Positions 1-9,781 of a stretch of 64,000 bases of DNA are shown here, in pieces. How positions within the stretch are numbered: position 1 is the stretch's first letter; every line of letters begins with the position of its first letter. Origin of the DNA: Thermodesulfobacteriota bacterium (GTDB lineage: Bacteria; Desulfobacterota; Desulfobulbia; Desulfobulbales; SURF-16); the NCBI GenBank assembly GCA_040755455.1, contig JBFMAY010000012.1, positions 1-64,000 of the forward strand, given 5' to 3'. Made by a program: the position numbers and the translations under genes. Below the pieces are notes generated by a model. The model worked only from the letters and a program-made list of their open reading frames with translations, ran no database searches and was not told the DNA's origin.

Positions 1-185
1 AATCAAGAAAAAATGAAACAATCGTTGGCACTACCTTTTTGAGCTCGGGGAGACACTCGCCTTTGTTAAATCAATGGGTTATAGAGTTTTCCTAACAAAA
101 AATCAGCTACAACCTGTAGAAGAAAAGCATTTATATGGTGCCGGACCCGAGAACCATGGTAGGCGAACGCTACTCCCTGAGATTT

Positions 186-1106
186 TTATGTAAGCAGTCC
201 ATTAATTACCGATTTTACAGATGCAATTTCATTTTCCAGCAGATATTTTTCGAGACCGACAACCAACTCTTCTGCGACATGAGGGTTAGTTAAATTTGCT
301 GTGCCAATCTGAATCGCCGTTGCACCAGCCAGCAGAAATTCAACCACATCTTCAACAGTGTTTATTCCTCCGATGCCGATTACCGGTACTTTTACCCGTT
401 GTGCAACTTGCCAGACCATTCGCAAGGCAATTGGTTTAACGGCAGGGCCAGATAGCCCGCCGACCTTGTTAGCCAGTTTAGGTCTTCTGGTTCGGATATC
501 AATCGCCATTCCCAATATCGTATTGATAAGGGAGACTGCACTTGCCCCTCCCTCCTCTGCCGCTAAAGCCATAGCGGTAATATCTGTTACATTGGGTGAC
601 AACTTAATAATAACTGGTTTGTTGCTTTTTTCCCTGACACATTTTGTCACATCATAGATCATTTTAGCGTCAGTGCCGAAAGCTACCCCGCCTTTTTTCA
701 CATTTGGACACGAGATATTCACCTCGATAGCGGCAATTTCTGCAACATTCAATCGCTCAGCAAGCATACCGTATTCTTCAAGTGAATCCCCAAGGATATT
801 GACGACAATACCGCATGTGTATTTCTTCAATTGCGGGAGCTTGTCTGTTAGAAATTTTTCTATCCCCGGGTTTTCCAGCCCTATGGCATTCAACATACCA
901 CACGCTGTTTCAACAATCCGTGGTGGTGGATTCCCAATCCGTGGTTTGTGCGATATGCCTTTAACAACAATGGCGCCGAGCCTGTTTAAGTCGACAAAAT
1001 CTGCAAATTCAGCCCCATAACCAAATGTTCCCGAGGCTGTCATGATCGGATTAGCTAACAGCCAATCCCCTATAGTCACCGTTAAATCAGGCCTACTTAC
1101 ACCCAT
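186..1106 (-). CDS. pyrD: Dihydroorotate dehydrogenase B, catalytic subunit
   Basis: Family 1B motifs ASGTFG, NAIGLENPG, EVNISCPNVK, KLSPNV, GGLSGPAVKP; adjacent to pyrK. Confidence 0.96.
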   Translation of the reverse strand: MGVSRPDLTVTIGDWLLANPIMTASGTFGYGAEFADFVDLNRLGAIVVKGISHKPRIGNPPPRIVETACGMLNAIGLENPGIEKFLTDKLPQLKKYTCGIVVNILGDSLEEYGMLAERLNVAEIAAIEVNISCPNVKKGGVAFGTDAKMIYDVTKCVREKSNKPVIIKLSPNVTDITAMALAAEEGGASAVSLINTILGMAIDIRTRRPKLANKVGGLSGPAVKPIALRMVWQVAQRVKVPVIGIGGINTVEDVVEFLLAGATAIQIGTANLTNPHVAEELVVGLEKYLLENEIASVKSVINGLLT

Positions 1107-1903
1107 ATCTTTCCCGCCTCAAATACGGGTCCATCTTGACAAACGTGAAGGTAGCCATCCCCAGTCACTGCTGAGCCTGAAACCGCACAACCAAGACAGG
1201 CTCCGATCCCACAAGCCATTATTGTTTCGAGTGAAACCTGGCATGACATCTTGTTATCATGGCAATACATGGCAATTGCTTTCATCATTGGCCAAGGGCC
1301 ACAGCAATATACTGTGCCAGCCCCTCTTTCTGCCACAGATTGCGTCAACAGATCAATAACCAAACCATGATGCCCTGCTGTTCCATCATCTGTTGATATT
1401 TTAACCAGCAAATATGGCAATGCATTGATATGGCCAAAAACTTCCAGTTCTTTTGCTGTTCTTGCACCAAGAAGAGCGACAACCTCACTTCTCGGATTCT
1501 GCTTTATGATGCTTTCAGCGAGATAATGCATGGGCGCAATCCCCATACCTCCACCAACTAAATAATGCCTTTGCTCTTTGAATATTTGAAACCCATTCCC
1601 TAACGGCCCTACCACATCAACCAGCCTTGAAACTTTCATGTTCGCCAGATTTTTCGTTCCACGCCCGACAACTTTAAATATGATGGTTAACAACCCCTCT
1701 GAAACACGATGGATGGAGAAAGGTCTGCGCAACAATGGGTCATTGTTTTTCTCTTCAGCCGCCTTTACCATGACAAATTGCCCCGCCTTTGCTCCACGGC
1801 AAATTTCCGGAACATCAATTACCATCATGCAAATGTCATCTTGGCAGGAAATTTTCTTTATTTCACCTTGCAGTTGGTATTTCGCTTTCCCGCAACTTGT
1901 CAT
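1097..1903 (-). CDS. pyrK: Dihydroorotate dehydrogenase electron transfer subunit
   Basis: LRRPFSI FAD motif, GPLGNGF, GGGMGIAP, [2Fe-2S] motif MACGIGACLGC...VCQDGPVF. Confidence 0.95.
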   Translation of the reverse strand: MTSCGKAKYQLQGEIKKISCQDDICMMVIDVPEICRGAKAGQFVMVKAAEEKNNDPLLRRPFSIHRVSEGLLTIIFKVVGRGTKNLANMKVSRLVDVVGPLGNGFQIFKEQRHYLVGGGMGIAPMHYLAESIIKQNPRSEVVALLGARTAKELEVFGHINALPYLLVKISTDDGTAGHHGLVIDLLTQSVAERGAGTVYCCGPWPMMKAIAMYCHDNKMSCQVSLETIMACGIGACLGCAVSGSAVTGDGYLHVCQDGPVFEAGKIWV

Positions 1904-2805
1904 TGTTTTTCCACCTGCAAACTGGTGAGGAGCCGATGAATTCTTTCCAAATCTTCCAGTGAATAATATTCGATTTCAATCTTACCCCGAGAACCATTCT
2001 GGATGATTTTGCTTTTTGTCCCCAATATACCTGACACCTCCTCAGTAAGTGTTTTGCAGTATGACTCAGGAATCGCTTTTTTATTTTGTGGGGCAGTTGT
2101 TTTCTTACTTCCCTGCTTGTTTTTTTGAGAAGAAACTATTTTCTCTATTTCCCTTACAGACAATCCCTGTTCAATAATTCTGTCACGCAATACCCTCAGC
2201 ATTTCTTCATCCACAACACCCAATAATACTCTTGCATGTCCCATGCTGATTCGACCATTTGCCACATCGACCTTGAGATATTCAGGCAATTGCAAAAGCC
2301 GCATGATATTTGTTACAGTGGATCGCTCTTTGCCAACCTTTTTAGCGACCTCATCCTGAGTCATATTAAACTCGTCTGTTAGACGTTTATAAGCTGCTGC
2401 CTCTTCAACTGGATTCAAATTCTGCCGCTGAATATTTTCAATGAGAGCAATCTCAAGGCGCGCCTCCGGTGATGCCTTCTTCACCAACACTGGTACCTCT
2501 TCAAGCCCTGCTAACCGTGCCGCACGCAATCTCCTTTCACCTGCTATCAATTCGTATTGATCTTCCCCATCAATTTCTCGCACTACTAGAGGCTGCAGTA
2601 TACCTCTTTTCTTTATCGATTCTGCCAGCTGTGATAAGGCATGATCATCCATTTCCTTTCGTGGTTGATATGGATTAGGCCGAATATTGGCTATATTGCA
2701 TTTAAAATACTCCCCCCGGGGCCGATTTCCATCTTCATCATCCACATCCAATGGTCCGGACAACAACGACTGCAACCCTCTACCCAATCGATCGCCGTTT
2801 TTCAT
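1900..2805 (-). CDS. parB: ParB/Spo0J chromosome partitioning protein (CTPase)
   Basis: LGRGL N-terminus, PNPYQPR, GILQPLVVR, IAGERRLRAA, ENIQRQNLNPVEEA, HTH, C-terminal GKIEIEY. Confidence 0.97.
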   Translation of the reverse strand: MKNGDRLGRGLQSLLSGPLDVDDEDGNRPRGEYFKCNIANIRPNPYQPRKEMDDHALSQLAESIKKRGILQPLVVREIDGEDQYELIAGERRLRAARLAGLEEVPVLVKKASPEARLEIALIENIQRQNLNPVEEAAAYKRLTDEFNMTQDEVAKKVGKERSTVTNIMRLLQLPEYLKVDVANGRISMGHARVLLGVVDEEMLRVLRDRIIEQGLSVREIEKIVSSQKNKQGSKKTTAPQNKKAIPESYCKTLTEEVSGILGTKSKIIQNGSRGKIEIEYYSLEDLERIHRLLTSLQVEKQ

Positions 2806-2833
2806 ACTATCTCCAGTCTATTAGCCATTCCAT

Positions 2834-3610
2834 TCAGGCAACCTGCCTTTTGATGAACTCCCTACCGAGATTCATATAGCTGAGCGCCCCCACAGAACGA
2901 CTGTCGTACTCCATTACAGGTTTGCCATAACTTGGACACTCACTAAGCCGCACATTTCGCGGAATAACCGTTTTATAGACCTTATCCTGAAAGTGCTGCT
3001 TTACTTCCTTGGCTACTTGAAAAGTGAGCCTGTTTCTTCTGTCATACATAGTCAGCAGCAAACCTTCAATTTTCAAATTTTTATTATATGATCTTTTAAC
3101 CAGTCGAATTGTGCGAACAAGCTGACTCAGCCCCTCTAGGGCAAAATACTCGCACTGCAAGGGTATTATCACAGAATCCGCCGCTGTCAGAGCATTTAAT
3201 GTCAGCAAACCGAGCGAAGGAGGACAATCGACAAAAACATACTCGTATGAATCAACCAACGGTTCAAGAAGCCGGGACAGATAACGCTCCCGTTTCATTG
3301 CAGACATGAGCTCAACTTCAACGCCTATTAAATCGATATGCGTGGGTAAAACATCTAGATTTTCGAGACAACTCGATTTTTTAATACTCTTCGCCACTTG
3401 ATCTTGGTCTAAATAGCAATGATACAGATGCTTCTCCATCCCTTTTACACTCACACCCAATCCGCTCGAAGCATTACCCTGGGGGTCTGAGTCAACAACA
3501 AGAATTTTATGCCCCAACTTTGCCAATGCTGCGGCAAGATTTACTGTAGTGGTTGTTTTACCCACCCCGCCCTTTTGGTTCGCCAATGTAATAATTTTTC
3601 CCTTTGCCAT
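2834..3610 (-). CDS. parA: ParA/Soj partitioning ATPase
   Basis: NQKGGVGKTTT deviant Walker A, DSDPQGNA, DCPPSLG, IPRNVRLSECPSYG. Confidence 0.97.
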   Translation of the reverse strand: MAKGKIITLANQKGGVGKTTTTVNLAAALAKLGHKILVVDSDPQGNASSGLGVSVKGMEKHLYHCYLDQDQVAKSIKKSSCLENLDVLPTHIDLIGVEVELMSAMKRERYLSRLLEPLVDSYEYVFVDCPPSLGLLTLNALTAADSVIIPLQCEYFALEGLSQLVRTIRLVKRSYNKNLKIEGLLLTMYDRRNRLTFQVAKEVKQHFQDKVYKTVIPRNVRLSECPSYGKPVMEYDSRSVGALSYMNLGREFIKRQVA

Positions 3611-3843
3611 CTAGGATGATCCTCTATTAACCTTCGATTAAGAGCTTCGCAAGAAACAACTCGCCACCACGCACTGGCCTCCGCATTTCATGCGCCAACA
3701 TGATTCCTTAACATTATCTTTACAGAATCAAATCATCTTAAACAAGTTAGTATTTGAAAAAATCATTTTTTTTCTCTTCTTTTTCCCTGCAGTGCTCGCT
3801 CTGTTTATTGCTCTACTAGCATTTCCTGCAGCCTTTTTCTAGA

Positions 3844-3859
3844 TGTTTCACGTGGAACA
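3844..3859. promoter_or_regulatory. parS: parS centromere-like site
   Basis: TGTTTCACGTGGAACA fits the 16-bp parS consensus; about 230 bp upstream of parA; inside a 30-bp near-perfect palindrome (3837-3866). Confidence 0.93.
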
Positions 3860-3881
3860 TCTAGAATTTAAAAAAATAATT

Positions 3882-5021
3882 TCAGCAGGTTAGAATAGAA
3901 TAAACGAGCTCTGCCGTACGGAGCATGTCAGAAAGCTTGATATTTTCAGATAGTGAATGGACGTTTTCCATTCCAACGCCAAGAATAGCAGTGGGAAGAC
4001 CTGAAGCATTGAAAAAATTAGCATCACTGCCCCCACCTGCATGAATAAATTGCAGAGGACGAGACAAAAAGGAAGCTGCTTGTTGAGCACGAAGAACCGG
4101 AAGACTACCGGTATCAAGTTTCATAAGGGGATATTGTTCGGGAGAAGAAAAAACAAGGGAAGGACGAGAGGTAATCAAATTGTGAGGGTCATGCCAGCTT
4201 GAAATAACATCTTGGAAAGTATTTTTGACTGAATCGAGAGTAGAATGAAGCTTAGAGAGGTTATGGCTGCGAACCTCACCATCAATACGAACATAATCAG
4301 GGATAATATTTGTTGCGGTGCCGCCAGCAATAAGACCTATATTAGCAGTAGTCTCATCATCAATCTGACCTAATCGCAAGCGAGAAACAACATGAGCGGC
4401 AAGCTGGATAGCATTTATCCCATGCCGCGGGCGTAGACCTGCATGCGAAGCAAGGCCATGAATCTCCGCAGAAATGCCATATGATGCGGGAGCACCAATA
4501 ATAACATTATCGATACCAGTAGAATCCAGTGAATAACCATACTTAGCAACAAGCAATGCAGGATCAAAGGCCTTTGCGCCACGAAGGCCAATTTCCTCGC
4601 ATGTTGTAAACACGAACTCAACGGGAACAAAAGGTTTATTTTCTAGGATAATTGCAATGAGGACTTCAATAAGAATGGCAATGCCCGCCTTATCATCTGC
4701 ACCAAGAACCGTATCACCTGAACTGTAGAAAACATCACCGATTTTGCGAACTTTGACCCCCAGGCAAGGTTTAATCACATCCAAATGACAATTAAAAAAA
4801 ACAGGAGCAACATCACTACGACTCCCGGCGAACCGGGCAACAAAATTACCACAATCAGAACCTGTGAGTCGAGATGAATTATCTTCAAAAACCTGATCTG
4901 CACCTAAATCATAAAACAATCCCTGAAGATAACTAGACAATTTTGATTCGCCTTTTGACGGACTATCAATTTCACAAAGGGTCGTAAAATAATATGAAAG
5001 GCGGTCAGAGTTGAATTGCAT
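3882..5021 (-). CDS. M20/M25/M40 family metallopeptidase (peptidase T-like)
   Basis: HLDV, LGADDKAG, EEIGLRGA, HAG, GGGSDAN, VHS metal-binding motifs. Confidence 0.9.
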   Translation of the reverse strand: MQFNSDRLSYYFTTLCEIDSPSKGESKLSSYLQGLFYDLGADQVFEDNSSRLTGSDCGNFVARFAGSRSDVAPVFFNCHLDVIKPCLGVKVRKIGDVFYSSGDTVLGADDKAGIAILIEVLIAIILENKPFVPVEFVFTTCEEIGLRGAKAFDPALLVAKYGYSLDSTGIDNVIIGAPASYGISAEIHGLASHAGLRPRHGINAIQLAAHVVSRLRLGQIDDETTANIGLIAGGTATNIIPDYVRIDGEVRSHNLSKLHSTLDSVKNTFQDVISSWHDPHNLITSRPSLVFSSPEQYPLMKLDTGSLPVLRAQQAASFLSRPLQFIHAGGGSDANFFNASGLPTAILGVGMENVHSLSENIKLSDMLRTAELVYSILTC

Positions 5022-5210
5022 TGAAATAAACGATGATATCGTAAAAAGTCAAATGGGTCAGGTCAAAGATGACCGGAAGTATGCAAGCCTTAACGAATCC
5101 ACAAAGTATAAAAAACAGGCTCTCCGCAGAAGAAAGGCGGGTAAAACAGAATAACAGCTACAACGGACAAAATACGTGAATTCTAACAACATGCCAGGAT
5201 GCACTATTTC

Positions 5211-5504
5211 TCATTTGATCAGCTTACTTTTCACCAAAGGGTCTTTAATTGATTTACTCATCGTGAAATGAACTGTTTTTCTGGCAGGGATATGCATCAT
5301 TTTAGAAGTACGTGGATTCTTTGTGGAGCGAGATTTTCTCATTCGAACACACAAGCTGCCAAAACCTCTGATCTCAACTCGCCTGTCCTCCGCTAATGCA
5401 TCAGTTATCGACTCAAGTATAATGTCTATCGCCTGGTTAATATCCTTTTTTAAATGTCCATCAATCTTATCTGAAATAGAATTAACAAGATCACGCTTAA
5501 GCAT
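5211..5504 (-). CDS. ihfB: HU/IHF family DNA-binding protein, probably IHF beta
   Basis: RVEIRGFGS, NPRT arm; rpsA-sppA-ihfB gene order; C-terminal motif divergent. Confidence 0.75.
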   Translation of the reverse strand: MLKRDLVNSISDKIDGHLKKDINQAIDIILESITDALAEDRRVEIRGFGSLCVRMRKSRSTKNPRTSKMMHIPARKTVHFTMSKSIKDPLVKSKLIK

Positions 5505-5648
5505 TTTATTATCCTAGTATATAATCGCAAAAAAACTGTATGAAGTTAAAGCAAATCATAAAATAATTACAGCTAAAATTAAAATTCAAGAAAAAACGTC
5601 GAAAAATAAAGAAGATTAAAAAATACGCAATTAGTAAACTAAACCAAT

Positions 5649-6560
5649 TTACTCAAAGGAAAGAATAGGATGCTGTGAAATAAACCCACGGAAAAGAGAA
5701 GAAGTATTCTGTTCTGTTAATATCTTGAAGAATGAGATGTCATCTTCTTCCGGGTAAACAAGAGTCGGGGTTTCTGTTTCCATCCCAGCAAGGCTTGCCG
5801 CAAGAGATACAGCATCATTAAAATTACCGAGTTGATCAATCAAACCAAGTTTTTTAGCGGTTTCACCGGAAAAAATACGTCCATCGGCAACATTTCTGAC
5901 GTCTTCTGTGGGTAAATTTCGACTTTGAGCAATATCGTTAATAAACTGGCCATGAACTTCGTCAAGCAGAACCTGTAGCAACTCACGTTCTTCATCGGTT
6001 AAAGGGCGACTTGGTGACCCGATATCTTTTAACTTACCGCTTTTAATCACCTCATCCTTATAACCAATTTTTTGAAAAATTTGCTCCAGATTGGGAAATT
6101 TAAAGATAACCCCCATGCTGCCAGTCAGCGTACCAGGGCTAGCAACAATTTTACCTGCGCCTATGGCGGCATAATAACCACCTGAGGCGGCTACTGAACC
6201 CATGGAGGCAACAACCGGCTTCACCTTATTCAACCGGACAATTTCACTAAATATTTCTTGTGATGCACCAACTGCCCCACCGGGACTGTCTATCCGCACA
6301 ACAACAGCTTTAACCGATTTTGACAGCCTAAACTGGAGAAGTTGATCAAGAACCTTTTCAGCGTCTGTTATAAGGCCTTTTAATTCGATGACACCAACGC
6401 TGGCATTATCTGCACCTAAAAAATGAGATTTGCCCGTCTGGCGTCCCATGGTAACAACAAAAAAGGTTATTCCTAACCCAAAAAACATCAGCAGCACCCC
6501 CAAGATAAAAAAACCCGTCAGGAGTGGATGTTGTTGGCGAAATAACCTTTTTTGCGTCAT
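5649..6560 (-). CDS. sppA: Signal peptide peptidase SppA (36K type)
   Basis: N-terminal TM, RIDSPGG, KPVVASMGSVAASGGYY, TGSMGV, DGRIFSG; start set at MTQKR. Confidence 0.93.
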   Translation of the reverse strand: MTQKRLFRQQHPLLTGFFILGVLLMFFGLGITFFVVTMGRQTGKSHFLGADNASVGVIELKGLITDAEKVLDQLLQFRLSKSVKAVVVRIDSPGGAVGASQEIFSEIVRLNKVKPVVASMGSVAASGGYYAAIGAGKIVASPGTLTGSMGVIFKFPNLEQIFQKIGYKDEVIKSGKLKDIGSPSRPLTDEERELLQVLLDEVHGQFINDIAQSRNLPTEDVRNVADGRIFSGETAKKLGLIDQLGNFNDAVSLAASLAGMETETPTLVYPEEDDISFFKILTEQNTSSLFRGFISQHPILSFE

Positions 6561-6602
6561 ATCAAGAAAGCTGCAGCTAAACAAAAGCGTTTCAGCGTCA
6601 GC

Positions 6603-8327
6603 CTATTTTTCCTGGTTGTCCAACTCTTCTTTCAACAAATCACCAAGGGTGGAAGGACCTGAAGATGCCTGCTGTTTTTTATACTCCTCAAGCTTCATCT
6701 CGGAACTGCTTTCACTCATCGCCTTGATGGAAAGACCAATCTTCCTGTCCTTGGCCGAAACACTGATAACCTTTGTTTCCAGGGTATCCCCGACATTATA
6801 CATGCCAACAGGAGTATTTACCTTATCCTTGCTGATCTCTGAAACATGGACAAGACCCTCAATGCCTTCCTCAACTTCGACAAAAATACCAAAATCGGTA
6901 ACATTGGTTATTTTGCCAGCAACCAAGGCGCCGACAGGATATCTCTCTATAGTCTGTTGCCAAGGATCAGGCGTCAGCTGTTTAATACCAAGAGAGAATC
7001 TTTCATTTTCTCGGTCAATTTTCAAAACAACTGCTTGAATTGTCTGACCTTTAGAATATTTCTCGGATGGGTGTTTGATCCGTTCGGTCCATGAAAGATC
7101 AGACACATGAATAAGGCCGTCAATGCCCTCTTCGATACCGATAAATATACCAAAATCGGTAATGTTCTTGATTTTTCCTTCTATGATTGAGCCAACCGGA
7201 TAGTTTTCAGTAACAAGATCCCAAGGATTAGGCTGTAATTGTTTCATACCCAGGGAAATGCGCTTGGCATCGACATCGATATTGAGAATAGAAACCTCAA
7301 TCTCATCACCAACTGAAACGATTTTTGAAGGATGGCGGGTTTTCTTAGACCAGGACATCTCAGAGACATGTACCAATCCTTCAACACCTTCTTCAAGTTC
7401 GGCGAAAACACCATAATCGGTAATACTCACTACTTTGCCCACCGCACGCGAACCAATCGGGTATTTCTGTTCAACAGTTGACCAAGGATCTGATTTGAGC
7501 TGCTTAACCCCCAAGGATACCTTATCGGTTTCCTTGTCATACTTGAGAACCTTAACCTCAATTTCCTGTCCAACCTTGAAAAGCTTAGAAGGATGTGAGA
7601 CACGCCCCCAAGAAAGATCTGTAATATGACAAAGGCCGTCAAGACCACCCAGATCGATAAACACACCATAATCAGTAATATTGGTAATAGAGCCGGTTAC
7701 AACAGAGCCTTCCTCAAGTGAGGATCGCATTTCCTGACGAAGCTTCAGGCGCTCTGCTTCAAGTATTGCCCGGCGTGAGATAACTACATTATTACGTTTT
7801 CGATTAAACTTGAGAATCTTGAAATCATAGGTCTGCCCAATCATGTTATCAAGGTCCTTGACAGGACGCAGATCAATTTGTGAATATGGCAGAAATGCGG
7901 GCACACCAATATCTACTGAGAGTCCACCTTTGACGCGACTCTCAATACGACCCTGTATGGTGCCGTCAGCCTCCTGGATATTGGCAATATCTTCCCAGAC
8001 CTTAATGCCGATCGCCTTTTCCCGAGACAACCGCAATCCGCCTTCGGCTTCACGTTTTTCAACATAAACGTCGAAGACATCACCAATCTTGACCACAACA
8101 TCCTCACCTTCGTTTTTAAACTCGCTCAAAGGTATTTCACTTTCAGACTTGTCGCCGATGTCAATGACAGCGAAATTATCACTCAAATCGATAATAGTTC
8201 CCTGTACAACATCGCCTACATTTGCAACATTTAATTGCTCGTCATTGAAGAGCTCAGCAAAGCTCATCCCTTCTTCGATGGACTGATAGTCATCGTGTTG
8301 TTTGGTTTCTGTTACATTGTTTCCCAT
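6603..8327 (-). CDS. rpsA: 30S ribosomal protein S1
   Basis: Repeated S1 domains (ITDYGVFIDLGG, GLVHVSEMSW, ISLGMKQL); RBS upstream. Confidence 0.98.
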   Translation of the reverse strand: MGNNVTETKQHDDYQSIEEGMSFAELFNDEQLNVANVGDVVQGTIIDLSDNFAVIDIGDKSESEIPLSEFKNEGEDVVVKIGDVFDVYVEKREAEGGLRLSREKAIGIKVWEDIANIQEADGTIQGRIESRVKGGLSVDIGVPAFLPYSQIDLRPVKDLDNMIGQTYDFKILKFNRKRNNVVISRRAILEAERLKLRQEMRSSLEEGSVVTGSITNITDYGVFIDLGGLDGLCHITDLSWGRVSHPSKLFKVGQEIEVKVLKYDKETDKVSLGVKQLKSDPWSTVEQKYPIGSRAVGKVVSITDYGVFAELEEGVEGLVHVSEMSWSKKTRHPSKIVSVGDEIEVSILNIDVDAKRISLGMKQLQPNPWDLVTENYPVGSIIEGKIKNITDFGIFIGIEEGIDGLIHVSDLSWTERIKHPSEKYSKGQTIQAVVLKIDRENERFSLGIKQLTPDPWQQTIERYPVGALVAGKITNVTDFGIFVEVEEGIEGLVHVSEISKDKVNTPVGMYNVGDTLETKVISVSAKDRKIGLSIKAMSESSSEMKLEEYKKQQASSGPSTLGDLLKEELDNQEK

Positions 8328-8499
8328 TAAACTTAATCCTCCTTAGCCAATTTAGAAAAAAAATATATACCAGAGACAAGGAGTAAAAACAACTTTAAAT
8401 AAAAGAATTTGCGAAAATTTTGGGACCCCGAGAATTGAGGGGCAGTAGGAAGAAGAAAAAAACTACAGGAAACAATATACACAGGAATACAGATAGTTA

Positions 8500-8949
8500 T
8501 TAAAAACAATACGGCAGATATCCAGTTTGGGGCAATGAATTGAAATAATCATCAAGAATTTTTGCATGGTCAAAAACAAGAGAGGGCAAATTATCCCTGG
8601 TGAAAATGCCGACCTCAATTGCATCGTCAGCAGCATGGGGGGTGCCCTGAGCTTGAGCGATAAAAACCGTGGATATGGTATGTAGGCGGGCGTCACGCCG
8701 TGGATCAGAATAGCTGTGCATCTGGCAGAGCAAGGTAACATCAAGTCCGGTTTCCTCCTTTGCTTCGCGCTGCGCCGCAGCCTCAAGGGTTTCACCGTAA
8801 TCAACAAAACCGCCTGGAATGGCCCAGCCGAAGGGTGGGGTTTTCCGTTTGATAAGAACAATCCCTGAGCCTATTTTAATGATGATATCAACCGTAGGTA
8901 CAGGGTTACGCCGAGAAAGAAAAGAGATGTCGTTAGGGGACGAATTCAT
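8500..8949 (-). CDS. NUDIX hydrolase (ADP-ribose pyrophosphatase-like)
   Basis: Nudix box [43 protein letters not shown]. Confidence 0.92.
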   Translation of the reverse strand: MNSSPNDISFLSRRNPVPTVDIIIKIGSGIVLIKRKTPPFGWAIPGGFVDYGETLEAAAQREAKEETGLDVTLLCQMHSYSDPRRDARLHTISTVFIAQAQGTPHAADDAIEVGIFTRDNLPSLVFDHAKILDDYFNSLPQTGYLPYCF

Positions 8950-9529
8950 TGATCATGATCCTCTGTTTTATGTCAAGCCAGCTGTCAATGGTGGCAAAAG
9001 GATGTCGCCCCCTGTTCCAGGGATGGGCAAAAACTATTGGAGAAATACCGGCTTGCGCAAGTTCAACGCAGGTTTCAACCCGATCATCGACAAAATAGCG
9101 CAGGCCGAGCTCTCTGACATATTGCGCCTTGCCGTCATGTTTTCCCATGGCGACAAGGCGGGAATTGCGGTAAACATCATTTGCCAAAATGCTCTCCAGC
9201 CATCGGACAACAGGTTCCCGATCAGGCCGCGCCGTGATAAAGGTTAACGGCGCCCAAGCCGACATCTCAGTTAACACGTCAACCGCATGGGGCATGGGTT
9301 TAAGACCATTTTCCACCGGTGCAGAGAGTAACCTCGCAAAAATCTCATCGATGATGCGGGGCGAAACATCCAGGCATTCCGCTACCTGAAATGAGGTGAT
9401 ATCCTCTGGCAGAACCGTGATAGAATAATCATCCATGGCCAGGCGGATAAAGGCCTCCATGGTATCGGCCACCACACAGTCGATATCAAATCCGATGAAA
9501 CCGGGATGAATTTGCTTATATATCTCCAT
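8933..9529 (-). CDS. HAD-superfamily 5'(3')-nucleotidase-like protein
   Basis: FDIDCVVAD motif I, FITAR, K...FVDDR, HPWN; start set at MEIYKQ. Confidence 0.8.
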   Translation of the reverse strand: MEIYKQIHPGFIGFDIDCVVADTMEAFIRLAMDDYSITVLPEDITSFQVAECLDVSPRIIDEIFARLLSAPVENGLKPMPHAVDVLTEMSAWAPLTFITARPDREPVVRWLESILANDVYRNSRLVAMGKHDGKAQYVRELGLRYFVDDRVETCVELAQAGISPIVFAHPWNRGRHPFATIDSWLDIKQRIMINEFVP

Positions 9530-9611
9530 AACAAAACCCACGGAAAAGAATTTCACTATATGATCAAGGCTCGAAAATAACACAATTAGGCGAACAAAGA
9601 CAACGCTTCTC

Positions 9612-9640
9612 TTGACAAACGAAGGCAAGAAAGGCATAGT
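9612..9640 (+). promoter_or_regulatory. Putative sigma70 promoter for pcnB-bioB-bioF
   Basis: TTGACA-17bp-CATAGT. Confidence 0.4.
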
Positions 9641-9781
9641 CGCAAAAAAATACAGTTCATCTATTGAAAGTCTGCCGGGCGAAATCCAATCAGAAAAGCA
9701 ACAAACCGCGGCTATTTTCCGAAATGATACTCACCCCGGACCAGCGGATCCCATTTTAGTTTTTCATTATTTTAAAGATAC

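Noticed and set aside
1..9500. Low-GC block as a horizontally acquired island
   Set aside because: Contains only core genes (rpsA, parAB, pyrKD, sppA) and no mobility genes
8500..9529. NUDIX + HAD pair as a novel system
   Set aside because: Common nucleotide-housekeeping families; nothing beyond a 17-nt overlap supports a dedicated system
1..9780. oriC inside the window (parAB/parS, AT-richness, gene-strand switch near 9.6 kb)
   Set aside because: No dnaA/dnaN/gidA and no cluster of TTATCCACA boxes seen; origin proximity is plausible but cannot be placed
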